From positions 158,596,001 to 158,660,000 of the forward strand of contig OZ320313.1 in NCBI GenBank assembly GCA_976226885.1: DNA of 64,000 bases. The letters are read 5' to 3'. Shown in pieces: positions 35,902-47,800 of this stretch (the first letter of the stretch is position 1; each line of letters starts with the position of its first letter). This stretch comes from Iphione sp. A-MEVVRFRX5. Lineage: Eukaryota. Under the pieces are notes generated by a model, which searched no databases, was not told the origin of the DNA, and saw only the letters and a list, made by a program, of their open reading frames with translations. The position numbers and the translations under genes are program-made.

Positions 35902-36982
35902 TACTTGTACAGGCTTAAAACTATTGGACGCGATTTGTCTTCCCTGTCCAGCTGAGTCATGGTTGCAAGCATTTTGTTAATGCGACTTGCTACCCAACTT
36001 TGGAAGACAGTTTGAAATGTCCATTATGATCTGCCTGAACACCAAGAGACTACACCAACAATGACACGTCATGCAAGTTTCACACACCACCCATCGATGC
36101 ATCAAATAGGGAGGTGGGTGGGCTGACCAGTCTGGTCCCCCCTCCTCTAGGGTTTCACTTACCCTACACCACTCTGCCCTGTCATAAAGAGGATATGACA
36201 AGGGAAGCGGAGTATACCACATGCACAGACAATTTTATCCACAAGTGGTGAATGTAAGGGATGATTAATATGAATCTTGTTACAATTCCTGATGAAGTCT
36301 GGATTATCCCCAATTAAAGGACTGCAGTGGTACATGCGAACACAGAATCATTAAGGCACTGGTTTGTATGTTACATGCTTGTAGGTGGCAACATATTTCA
36401 TATTCAACTCACCAAGGGGCTCCACCTCCCCTCTGTAACATGAGGGTATTTTTAGATAATGCCAGCCACTCTGCCCTATACACCAAGCAGAACAGACTGC
36501 CTCTCTGACCGTTCTCGGTCCTCACTTCTCTCCAACAGTTTCACCTCTACTTTCAATATGGAGGAGAAAGTCAAAATATTCCTACCAGCATTTAAGGACG
36601 TGACATTCGAATTGAAGCATGTGAGAGGAAGAATGGATAAACTAGAGGTACAGGTTAAATCAAAGACAAGCATTGGTACCCTAGGAGTCCTCACCAGGTC
36701 CAAGACTCGTCAGACAGTCCCACACTCAGCGCAAAAGGCCGCCTGTACAGGCGCACCTGCTAACTCTCAAGCCAGAGCAGATTGTCAGGACGCTGACAGC
36801 AGGGATGACACTGATAAGACCCTTTACCTTCCCCGGAAGAACTGAGGGGCCTAGTTGCAGCATCAATGAATGATCTGCTGAACACAGTCTATCCAGACAA
36901 CTTGCAGACGAAAGGTATGGAGAATAGGTACTCTCCTGCCATATACATGTACATAAAAGGGACAGACAAGCCTGATCTTTTA

Positions 36983-39900
36983 CACTGAAATGTGACCTTG
37001 ACTTTGTACCAGGATAAGGATACAGGTGTCTAACTGAGATACAGTCCAGTAATGTCACCACTGTCAGCCATCCTGTCAATGAAGACAGGAACTCTGCAGC
37101 AATAGGCAGAGAAAGAAATCAGTGAGGATGAAGGAAACTAACAAAGCCGACATGGGAGGGAGAGGTGGACAGTTAGACACCTGTGTCCTTATCCTGGTAC
37201 AAAGTCAAAGTCATATTTCACTGTAAGTTCAAGTAACCTACGAACTTTAGTACCAGGAATGGAAACAAGGTGTCTCTCTAAGACTTCAAAGCCTGAAGCC
37301 TCAGAGGTTGAAGGAACAGACTATTGCTGCCCATCAACATGAATATCCTTCAAATGAAATAACTTAAAAGTATTAGCACGACTCTTCATAATTTCTGACA
37401 AAGGCATTCCCATCTTAGCCAGTTTGATAATGAAGCTGAACAAGTAGAATGCACAGAGAACACCTGCATGTCCATACCAGACAACACCATGACTCTCTTG
37501 GTCCACTTCGCCAAAGTAGCAGTGGATACAGATTTATGGGATTCTGTGAAAGTCATCCCCCTGAATAACATCCAAGTAGATGTCCTAAAAATAGACTCCT
37601 TCAGACACCTAACAGCACACACTTTGGGTTGAACAACAAAGGGCAAAAGCTTTAGCTTAGAAGCACAGTTACCTTTTTTAGACTGCTTAAGAGTTTTGGT
37701 GAACACCACCTGCAAACTGTCAGCACCAACCTCATGAATGTTTGACAACTGAATGTTACAAATGGTCTCCATCCTACCACAGCAGAAGCATGTTACACTT
37801 AAGAGTAAGCTTCTTCAAAGACAAAGATGAAAGAGGTTCCCACAACTTCAGGAACTCTAACACCTTGGACACATACCAGGTGTAATCCACTTGAGCTACC
37901 AGAGTCCTAACCCAGTAAGTAGCCTAACCACATCATGGTGCTTCCCAAACACAAACCCCCCAAACATTGGGAAAACTGCAGAAAGAGCATTCTGAGCAGT
38001 GTTTATCTAATGCCTCTGTCAAATATACTCATGAGAAAATGCATGGCCTGCTTAAGCATGGGATGTAAAGGATCCCAATTCTTTTGGTAACACAATGTGT
38101 TCCATCTCTTCAGGTACGTATCATACACAAGCCTAGTCTTGGGCCACCAGGAACACAACCTCATGGCCTTTGTAGCAGCCAACAATTCTTTGCCATTCAG
38201 CACAGCATTTAACAAAGAAGGGCCATAATTTTTATAGCCCTAACTTGGATAGTTGGCCCAAGTGATCCAGAATACATGTATTGAACTTTTGAACAACAGA
38301 GGAGGGGACCAAGCCAGCTGCAGCAACCTGCTGTACCATGCCTGATGAGGCAAGGCCGGCACAAGTAGAATGGCAGACTTCGGCTGACCCTGCACCAACT
38401 TTGCAATGCAGCTTGGGATTAATACAAAGGTGGACAAATATAAGGCATCTACAAACAATGCCTCCAGGTCAGGATGTCAACTAGCATAAGAACAAACTTT
38501 GCTATTCAACTGAGATGCAAATAGATCAATGTCTGGGGTCCCCCAAGCTAGTGCTACTGCACGAAAAATTGATGGGTTAATGGCCCACTCAAGACTGTCC
38601 TAGAAATCATGAGAAGTGAAAACCACCTTAACATTAGACACACTAGGAACATGAAAGACAGAGACAAAGCCCTGTCTTTCCTCAAAGAACAACCAAAGCA
38701 TGTGGGCATACACATTGGCACCTAGCCACACCCATCCTATTAACATAACAGATAGCAGTAGTGTTATCACACATGAGCTTGATGTGGAACCCAGACTGAT
38801 CTGCAAACAAACTCCTTACAGCAAACAAAATGGCCTTAACTTCTAGCATATTGATGTGCAAAACAGACTCATGCTATTTCCACCTACCACAAAACAAACT
38901 GCCATTATACCAAACACCCCAACCAAACTCCGAGGCATCCGTATACACCACATGCATAAACAGCAAAGAGCAACAACAATGACTTGGCCACATATGGTAG
39001 ATTCATCAACCACCACCTTAAATCTACCCTGGCCAAGGGTGACAAAAACATGTTACCTTCATACTGAGCCTGGCCTGCCTGAAGGAGTGCGGACATCTTG
39101 CAAGCGTCCAGAGCATGAGAATAAATTTTCCCCATAAACATAGGCTCTAGTAAGGTCAACAATCTTACCTAAGACTGAGCCTACAAACTGAATCCCAAGA
39201 ATATCCTGGGACAGAACAGACTCAATATGGTCCATGACTTTAGTCATGCTAGACTCAGTAGGTCTCACCACCATACTAACTGAATCAATGGTGCAACCTA
39301 AGAACACAATGGTTTGGGCTGGCTCCAAAGAGGATTTCTCAAAATAAATAAAAAAAACCCAATGGAATACAACAGTGTGACTGTTTAGGACACAAACAGA
39401 GAGCACTCTTGCACACTCCTGCCAATATATGATGCCAATACTACCCCGTCCTCCCTCAGCTGAGCCAAACGTGGAGCCATGATCTTGGAAAATATCCCAG
39501 GGGCACACAACAATCCAAAAGGCAACACATCATACTAAAAGAAAGTGTCCTGCAAAGAAAAAGCCAAATACTTCCTATAAGGAGGCCAAATTGGCATTGT
39601 ATAGTTCACATTCTTCAGGTCCACTGATGCCATAAAACAGCCTAAAGACACTAAAGGCAACACCATTTCCAAGGTCTCCATTTTGAAATGTTTTACTCAG
39701 TGAGCTTGTTCAACTTTGACAGTCCAATATCATTAGGTTTAAGTCTCAGGAAGATATTGGACAAATAAGCATGAGGAGGAACAGAGTACATGACAGAAAT
39801 TGAAGCAACCCTCAAGAGATAGGTGAACTCCTCAGGCGCCAAAAGTGAGACTCTGCCTCCCCAAAAGGTATTGGCCTAGGTCTCCTTTCTTGGTAGGGCA

Positions 39901-41675
39901 CTGCCATTAAGTCCAGCTTATAGCTGGTTACAGCTTCAAAACCTCCTCATCCGAGATCAGTCCCAACCATCATGCTCTGAAATGGACCAAATTACTGGCA
40001 AGGAAACCTATTTCCTTACTGGCTGCTTGGGATCAACTGTTGGCTCAGTTTCTTTAAAGACCACTCCTTGGACTGAGCATCCTTACCAATTGCATTATAT
40101 GGGATATTTTTTTAAAGGCGACACACCTGCAAATGTGGTACGAAGGAGCTTCCTCCGGGTGTCGGACAGAAAATCTGACTACAAAACTTTCAGAGCCTTC
40201 TCTGACACCAACAGCACCACTGGCATTAGAACGGATCCTAGCCTTGTCTCAGCATCTATCCGAAACACTAAGGCATTTAAGAACCTGGCTCAGGCTCTCT
40301 CTCCTCCTCCTCTTCTTGCATATCGACCTTACAGAAATGCACAACATATGCACATCGCCTGCAGAGTCCCTATCAGACATGGAGTCTATCGACCTTCTGA
40401 CATCTGACAAACTTTTATTGGTCAAAGGTGAATGCTTCAACATACCACTATCGCCGACATAAATTGGCTGAGCTGGTGAGGTCAAAGTTGAGTATGTCGA
40501 CCTTTTGACCTCCTGGGTCAAAGCTGAATTTGCCAACACATTGGAGGAACTATGACTGTAGCCGACTTGAGCCGCCATCTGCTGCTGGGTGTTCAAAGTT
40601 GAATGCATCTGCACACCTTGACCACTCTCGACGGCTATCTGCGACAGCGGCTGAGCAGCTACAGAGATTAAAGTTGAATGCATCAACATTACTTGACCAT
40701 TGTTGTCACATGCAATGCTGGCTGAGCTGCTAGCGAGATCAAAGGTGAATGCATCAACATGCTTTGATCACCATTGTCGCTTACATGCCACGGGGCTGAG
40801 CTGCTAGGGAGGTCGAAGTTTATTGTGTCAACATACCACAACAACCTGTGGGGTCAAAGTTGAATGGGTCAGCGCCTGAGCCACTACAGAGGTTAAAGTT
40901 GGATGGGTCAACATACCTCAACCACTATCAACAGCTATCTGTGCCAGCAGCAGCAGCAGCTGAGCCACTAGGGAGGTCAAAGTTGAATGCATCAACATAC
41001 CTTGACCACTGTTGGTAGCTATTTACAGCTGAGCTGCTACAGAGGTCAAAGTTGAATGTGTCAATGTACCTCAACCACTGTTACTGACTATCTGTGGCTG
41101 AACCACTACTGAGGTCAAAGTTGAATTCGCCAATGCATTGGATGAATTTGACCGCCGCAGACTTGAGCCACTATTTGCAGCTGGGAGGTCAAACTTGAAT
41201 GCATCAACATACCTCAACCACTGTTGTCGCTATGTAGTGAGGTCAAAGGTGAATGTATCAATGTACTTCGACCATTGTTGATCAAAGGGAACAGACACCA
41301 CCAGATCAAACCTTACCCTCTTGGAGCCCTCATGCACCCTGGACTTGGATATGTGCTTCGAGGAAGAAACCCTAGGGGCTTCCTCCCCCTCACACAAAAA
41401 CCAGCCCATTGTAGGTGGAAAACACAAAAACCCACTTACAACAATTCTAAAATTCCCCAAATAGAATACCCATTCTGAGAAAAAAAATCTCTCCTTTGAA
41501 TTGAAATCTATCCAGAGAAACAACAGAATAGAGAGAACAGAAAAAAACAGATCACAAAACGTCTGAACTGGGTGACTGCTGAACTACAAGTGAGGATCCA
41601 AGATGGCTAACAGTGGTGACGTCACTGGACTGTATCTCAGAGACACCCCTTGTGTCCGTTCCTGGTACTGAAGTT
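36983..41675 (-). mobile_element. DIRS1-type tyrosine-recombinase retrotransposon, full-length but degenerate (gag, RT, RNase H, MT, YR; ITRs and ICR)
   Basis: Minus-strand remnants: RT (EKSSLEPAQTIVFLGCTIDSVSM, ~39200-39500), RNase H (LRWWLMNLP, ~39000), methyltransferase-like (IDLFASQLNSK, AILLVP..QAWY, ~38300-38600), YR (VCAVRCLK, SVSTATLAKW, HSTCSAS, ~37400-38200). ITR pair 37006-37072 / 41602-41668; ICR 37170-37276. Confidence 0.88.
40420..41280. repeat. Degenerate ~60-70 bp tandem array inside the DIRS1 5'/gag region
   Basis: GAGGTCAAAGTTGAATGCATCAACATACCTTGACCACTG recurs about 13 times; on - it gives xHSTLTS..AAQ peptide repeats. Confidence 0.8.
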
Positions 41676-41679
41676 ACCA

Positions 41680-44620
41680 TTATCTCCAATCACTTCAAGG
41701 CCTAAACATGACTCAGAAGAATTATTGTTTATATCGCCCATAATAAGGCAAATGATCACATCCCTGAGAAATCGTATTCTGGTACCACAGTACATATCAG
41801 CCCTCATACCATTCTCCTATACAAGTCATACAGGATATTCCAGATCCTTTATTTTCTATCAATCTATCTCATGCTTACCGCAACTTCCTTGCCGATCCAC
41901 TCGATTGGCCACTATTGGCCTTGAAAGATAAACATTCCATTTTCATTGACACACCTCTACCTTTTGGAACGAGGTATAGTTCACTATACTGCCCTATCTG
42001 GACGATTACCTGTTTGTGATATACCAATAGCAAATGAAGCTTGTAAATATGCTATGAACACAAGAGAGTCTCTTGGCCTTGTAGTGGCCAAGAAGAAGTG
42101 TTTTCCACCCACCAAAGTACTTACATAGCTCGGTATTCGAATTGATCTTACAAGTTATGTTCTGTCTATACCCAGTCACAATGTGCTAGCAGTTCTGAAA
42201 GAGATCTGTGATTCATAAACAAGCTATTTCTTTCAGAAGGTTATAATTCTATCCTCGGTTCCCTCAATCACCTTGCAAAATGTGTCCAGCCCTTTTGTTG
42301 GCAGAATGTTATGTTCATTTAGGGAACAACTACCACTGAAACATGCCAAATACCTAAGAGAGCCAACCGTTATACCAGATTTAAAGTGGTTGTAATATCT
42401 ACCAAGGTGTAACTCCGGTTGCACAGTCAGGAGCAAACGTGTCACAACTGAATTCACTGATGCATGCCTTACAGGCCTAGGGGCATATACACATCGCCAT
42501 TATTATTCCATCCCACTTCCATACGTATGGCAAGGTCTTTCCATTTCTATTTTGGAAGCTGCTAATGTCGCATTGGCATTGAGGTGCTTCCCCTCATATT
42601 TTCCCATGCCCTCTGTCATTAAATTATATTGTGATAACATGGGAGCCGTTTCAGTTTTTCAGACCGGACGGGCCAGGGATTCATTTCTTCTAACCATAGC
42701 TAGACGACTCTGGTTCCTACAGGCCAATAATGACTTCTCTATTCTTTATTCACACATGCCAGGCGTAAACCTTGTACACGCAGATATATTATTCAGGCCT
42801 TTCTCGTCAGCTAAACATCATTCCATTGCCTCAAAATTTATAGCAGACCACACTAATATGATCAGAATCCACCCTTCATTCACTCAAATTCAGAAGGTTA
42901 TGTCATTCTGATATAATTTCAGACCCCAGGTTGGCACGACTAGCGACCAGAGCAGCTAAAAGGCAGCATCAAGCCATAAAGGATGCCTCCTTCAAAGCAA
43001 GGCATCGGATTGTGCAAACGTGTGTAGGCTTTTGTACATTCTTTAATTTTGACTTGGCAGAAATTACGAGAGATCAGCTACTGATCTTCATAGAATATAG
43101 CTGATCATCAGAGCCCTAAGGTAGTTGCCCAATATATTACATCGTTGCGACAATTTGTCCAGGCAGTCGGCCAAGATGCAACTTTATTGTACTCACATCA
43201 CATCCCTACAGCACTGAAAGCAGTAGAGAAGGCATCCGATCACTTAGTGGATAGAAAGGATCCTATCATCCCCCCCCCCCAGCATTTGACACTGATTATC
43301 TCATTCCTCCAACATCTCGGTCCAATAGGGGTAAGGCCCGGTTTCCTTATGTGCGTTGCCCTCCGTTGGTATCCGTGTGCGTTTCAGTGCGGAAAACGGA
43401 TCGACGGGGGGTCTAGGCCAGTTTCCGTACGGCAACGCACAGGGGTGTCCTCTGACAGCCAGTGCGGGCCAGTGCGTTGTATGACAGGAAAATACGAAAA
43501 CCGGCAAAAAAAGTGCCGGAAACCGGCAAATTCCATGCAAATTGTCCCGAAAAACGCATATTTCATGCAAATTCGGCCGAAAACTGGCAAATTTCATGCA
43601 AAATCGGCTGAAAAACAGCTTATTTCATGCAAATTCGGCTGAAAACCGGCAAAAATGTGCGGAAAAATTCGGGAAAAAAACGATTTTGTGCGGAAATGTG
43701 CGGTATCATCAGTCAAGTCAGCCAAATTCAGTCAAAATGAGGAAATAGCAGTGGGTTGCCCTGCGTTGCCGTCCGTGTGCGTAGAATTTACGGGAAGGGT
43801 CCGAAAACCGGCCACGCATGGCGACACACAGCAATGCACACGCACAGCAACGCACGTAAGGAACACCTCTCATTAAAATAACCAGGACAGTAAAATTGGT
43901 GCGTTTTCCGCACAGCAACGCACGCATGGCTACGCACATAAGGAAACCGGGCCTGATACTCCAGGCCTTATTCCTTTTTCTACCCTTCTCAATGGTCAGG
44001 CAGTCAAATATTCGTCCAAAATCACCTATAGCATTGATCGAGCAGGCAGATCACTCGTTCTGACAATGTATTTCACTCATCTCACTTCAACATCTCCCTC
44101 CGTTGGTCTAAGACCATCACCAAGAACAACCCCATCTCCTTACCAATCCTTCAATCCCGAAATCCACCCTTTGTCCCATGAAGGCCTCAAAACAGACATA
44201 TCTCCTCACTCCAACACGATACAAGCCAATGTTTGTAGAGCCAATTCTCCAGTTTCTCTTGTCAGTATCTAAGGTCGCAGCCTCTCTCAAATTAATAAGG
44301 GAGAAATTGGGGTTCCAGCCTGAACGATACACTCTGCATAGATTCGACATGGAGGCACCGCCGCCTTACAATCCCTAGGTGCTGATTCTAGGTGTATTAT
44401 GGCCCAAGAAACCTGGAGGGCATTTCCCTCATATCTAACGTACACTTCAGATGCTATCGCATCAACTAAAGCTGCGTCAGTGTTTACCAAAAGGCCAGCA
44501 TATAAGCCTGCCCTGTTTTATATGTTCATATATTTACAGTTAACACATCTCTTCCTGCCAAGAAATGATATTGTCTAATATTTAAATAAATATTTGTCAA
44601 ACTTATTTCTCGTTCTTGTG
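41680..44620 (+). mobile_element. Second tyrosine-recombinase retrotransposon (Ngaro/PAT-like, no MT domain seen), 5'-truncated and degenerate
   Basis: RT remnants (DPLDWPLLAL..FIDTPLPFGTR; LGIRIDL), RNase H (FTDACLTGLG; LEAANVALAL; YCDNMGAV; HMPGVNLVHADIL) and YR (FSMVRQSN; frameshifted YTLHRF-R-HGG; IMAQETW) in that order on +. AATAAA near 44585. Confidence 0.82.
43335..43953. mobile_element. PIF/Harbinger-type MITE (619 bp) inserted in the YR gene
   Basis: Perfect 22-bp TIR GGCCCGGTTTCCTTATGTGCGT; 3-bp flanks TAA (43332-43334) and TGA (43954-43956); internal short tandem repeats. Removal restores the YR frame. Confidence 0.9.
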
Positions 44621-44888
44621 AGTGTTTTTTTCAGAAATAGGAAGAATTCTGCATCAGTTAACTCCAAATTTCCAGTACATCATTCGAATCGTTAGAGTAG
44701 GAAGAATATAAGTAACTGATCACCATTTTACTCATACGCTAATAAAAAAAGATAACACCGAAATGGTTTGTATAGCTTTAATATCCTATGAAGAGAGTCT
44801 GGAAAAGTCTCAATCTGATGACTGCTGGTGGCATAAATACGTTTGCCATTTAATCGCTTTCCCCTTGGTTTTTCATGTCACCAAACCT

Positions 44889-47800
44889 TCACTTGAGAGA
44901 GGTCAAAGCCTTCGTCAGCTGTAAAGAGCATGGAAGCACATGGAGGATATTAGAAATTAAATCGTGCAAACTCTGGTGTAGGGATAATTTGAAAATGTAC
45001 ACTTGAAACGGAATTGGAACGATAAAAAGAACCCAAAACAATAGGTGGTGAGGAAGATTCAAAAAGGCCAACAATAGTTTTGTTGCTTACGTCATCAAAT
45101 TTGTGGATCTGCCGGATAAAGAAATCTCCATACCGACGTGCAACTTTGGTGTCAGCAATGTGGATCATGTCCTGAAAGAAACAAGTCAAAGTATTTACAC
45201 TACACATATAAAACCTTGTGAATAAACTGTTAATTTCTCACGGGAGGTTGAGACCTGGTTTACGAATACAATTGTTTGTCATTCATTTAAAACAATCATA
45301 ATTAAGTGCTTACTTGATATATATATATATATATATTATGTCTTTAAACATATACCTACTACCTATCATATACAGTATAACCTCTATTTCCGACCACTGG
45401 TCGGGACTAAGCCAAAACGGTCGGATTGGCGATTTTGGTCAGAAATTGATATACATTTCTTACGAATACAATTGTTTGTCATTCATTTAAAACAATCATA
45501 ATTAAGTGCTTACTTGATATATATATATATATTATGTCTTTAAACATATACCTACTACCTATCATATACAGTATAACCTCTATTTCCGACCACTGGTCGG
45601 GACTAAGCCAAAACGGTCGGATTGGCGATTTTGGTCAGAAATTGATATACATTTCTGTATATTAAGTAAGTATACATGAAAATAACTTACTTTATCAATG
45701 TAGAAATCTACTTCTGACGTCGACTGAAATTCTCCTTCAAGTCCACTAGATCCTTTAGTCCAAACAAGATTCTTCATTTTGTGCTGCAACAGAATATAGG
45801 TCGTTTACTTCACTAGTTTCTTGTAAAGGCAAGTCGTCAGACAGCAGTGGAAATGGTTTGTGCGATTTACCTATCTTTATTGCTGTCTCGTCTTCCCAGT
45901 CCAGGTAACTGGCTACTCTTCAGAGAGAATTGTGTTTCAACTGGAAAGTCTAAGGATTATGTAGATCCGCTTTTACGCTAGTATTACCAGTGAGACGAAG
46001 GCTTTTTCCTTGTGTCCTGGTTGTATCATTTTGAGGACATCTCTTTTTCCCCTACCTCCGCTTTGCTCCTCCCATTTTAGCTTTGCTCCCCCCATTTTCT
46101 CTACTTCGTCCTCTTTACATAGCAATAAGTCCCATTACAGACACATTTTGTGGTAAAACCCCAGAGTCTAAAAGCAAATGAAAGGAGAAGTTATATTCTT
46201 AAATTACCTTGAAGCACATCAGGTGCATCCTCAGCTCGTCATTTTGCTGTAAAAAAAATACACGTGCAACTGAGTAAGTATAAAGTGCACACACATACAT
46301 ATTTTGTAGTTTTCTGGTTTCGCTTACTTTTGAAGGAAGAACTATCAAAGTAGTACTGACAGTCTGTATCAAACTTGAAAATGTAAGGTCTTATACAGGC
46401 TTTATTTTTTAGAAAACGCAGTGCCCTTGACACAGGGTTTAAGTTAAATATAGAGACAGTAATACCATGTCCATGAACCCAGCGAGCTTGGCAATCGGTA
46501 GCGTTGTATACAGCTTCAAGTAACTGCAACCAGGAAAGAACACCAATTATGAAACTAAATACACGTACAGGGCAACTGCTTAAGTATCAAATACAAAGCA
46601 ATATCATATTTATTATTTAAAAAAAGACACTGCTCCATTGTGGACCTACTCCTCGAGTTAGAAATATTAAGTTCTGAATTGCTGTTCCTTACCTCCGAAC
46701 AGTGGGCAGTAGCTGTTGCTGAGTGACCTCTTCCTTGAAAACCTTTAGCTGCAGCTGGTAAGGTTCCTGTAGGAAACAAAGAGTCCTTGTTCAAGGTTTT
46801 AAATGACTTAAAATGTTAATATTACTATTAGCGGTAATACAAATTTATCTACAGATACCACGGATGTAAGAAATTATCACGGCAAAGTTTCTAGCTTTGG
46901 AGTGTATGGAGACAAAAGAGATGATGGATGTTTGGAAGTTCGGAAAGCAGCATTCATATGGCCCGTAGAGAGTAGAGGGACTAAAATAAGGTAATTAAGT
47001 ATTCCTTAAATCCTTTTGGATAACACATTAAATTGTGCGCAGCGTCTTCTAACCCTTCTTTCAAGACTGACCTTGTGGAAATCAGTTGGTGCAGCGTCAT
47101 AATTTGGTGGTACCGGGGAGAGGAACTTGGGACAACCGAAAGAGAAGCAATTGTCAAATTCAGCTGCGTCTCTGCAAGAATATGTACAGTGATCATCAAC
47201 ACCTTACAACTCCTTCATTTTGTATGAAGTATTCCAAAACGAATCTCTATTATTCCACTGGGTAGACTTTTGATGTATTCAACTCTAGGAGATACTTTGG
47301 AGGAAATATAAATATACCGATGAAACCCTATTTGTGACCAGCACTTGGAATCAAGCTCAACTGGTCGCAGTGGCGAATTGGTCGGAAATTGATAATTAAT
47401 TATAGAAATCAAAACGTTTGTGACAAGCTGTACTGGTCCTATTAGCAAGAACAGTTGGGAAGTGGAAAGGTCGGAAATAAAGATTCGACTGTATATGTGC
47501 CTTTCATTAATCAGATTGTTGAATACATCGCCAGCATTTTAAAACAAACTGGTGGAAACTGACCTAGCTCAGTTCATGACCCCACCTCAGATAGCAAAGA
47601 TTAAAATGCACGTTAATTCTCCAGCTACAATATTTCAACCTTACAATCCATCAACGTTACTTTCGAAACATTCAATTTCAGAATAAAATATCCATATCAA
47701 AGCCATCCAAAGATACTTTAACTTGATTTAAATACAGAAAAAATTAGTCATCCATGAGCCTCCCACAAAACTAGAGGCTGTCAATCGGACTACAGGTCAG

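Noticed and set aside
36459-36845. 128-aa plus ORF as missing gag/5' half of the Ngaro-like element
   Set aside because: No recognisable motif, and no RT N-terminus adjoining the DIRS1 end; left unassigned.
36983-37223. 241-bp TA-flanked Tc1/mariner MITE with 55-bp TIRs
   Set aside because: The interior and right flank also match the far end at 41602-41675; the DIRS1 rITR/rE/ICR arrangement explains all matches.
46239-47202. ORFs 46239-46529, 46555-46794 and 46981-47202 as novel genes
   Set aside because: They are off-frame translations across EIF3L exons 13-15 and their introns.
45569-47490. Single 1.9-kb DNA transposon between related TIR-like ends
   Set aside because: The interval contains five essential EIF3L exons, so the ends are separate MITE fragments.
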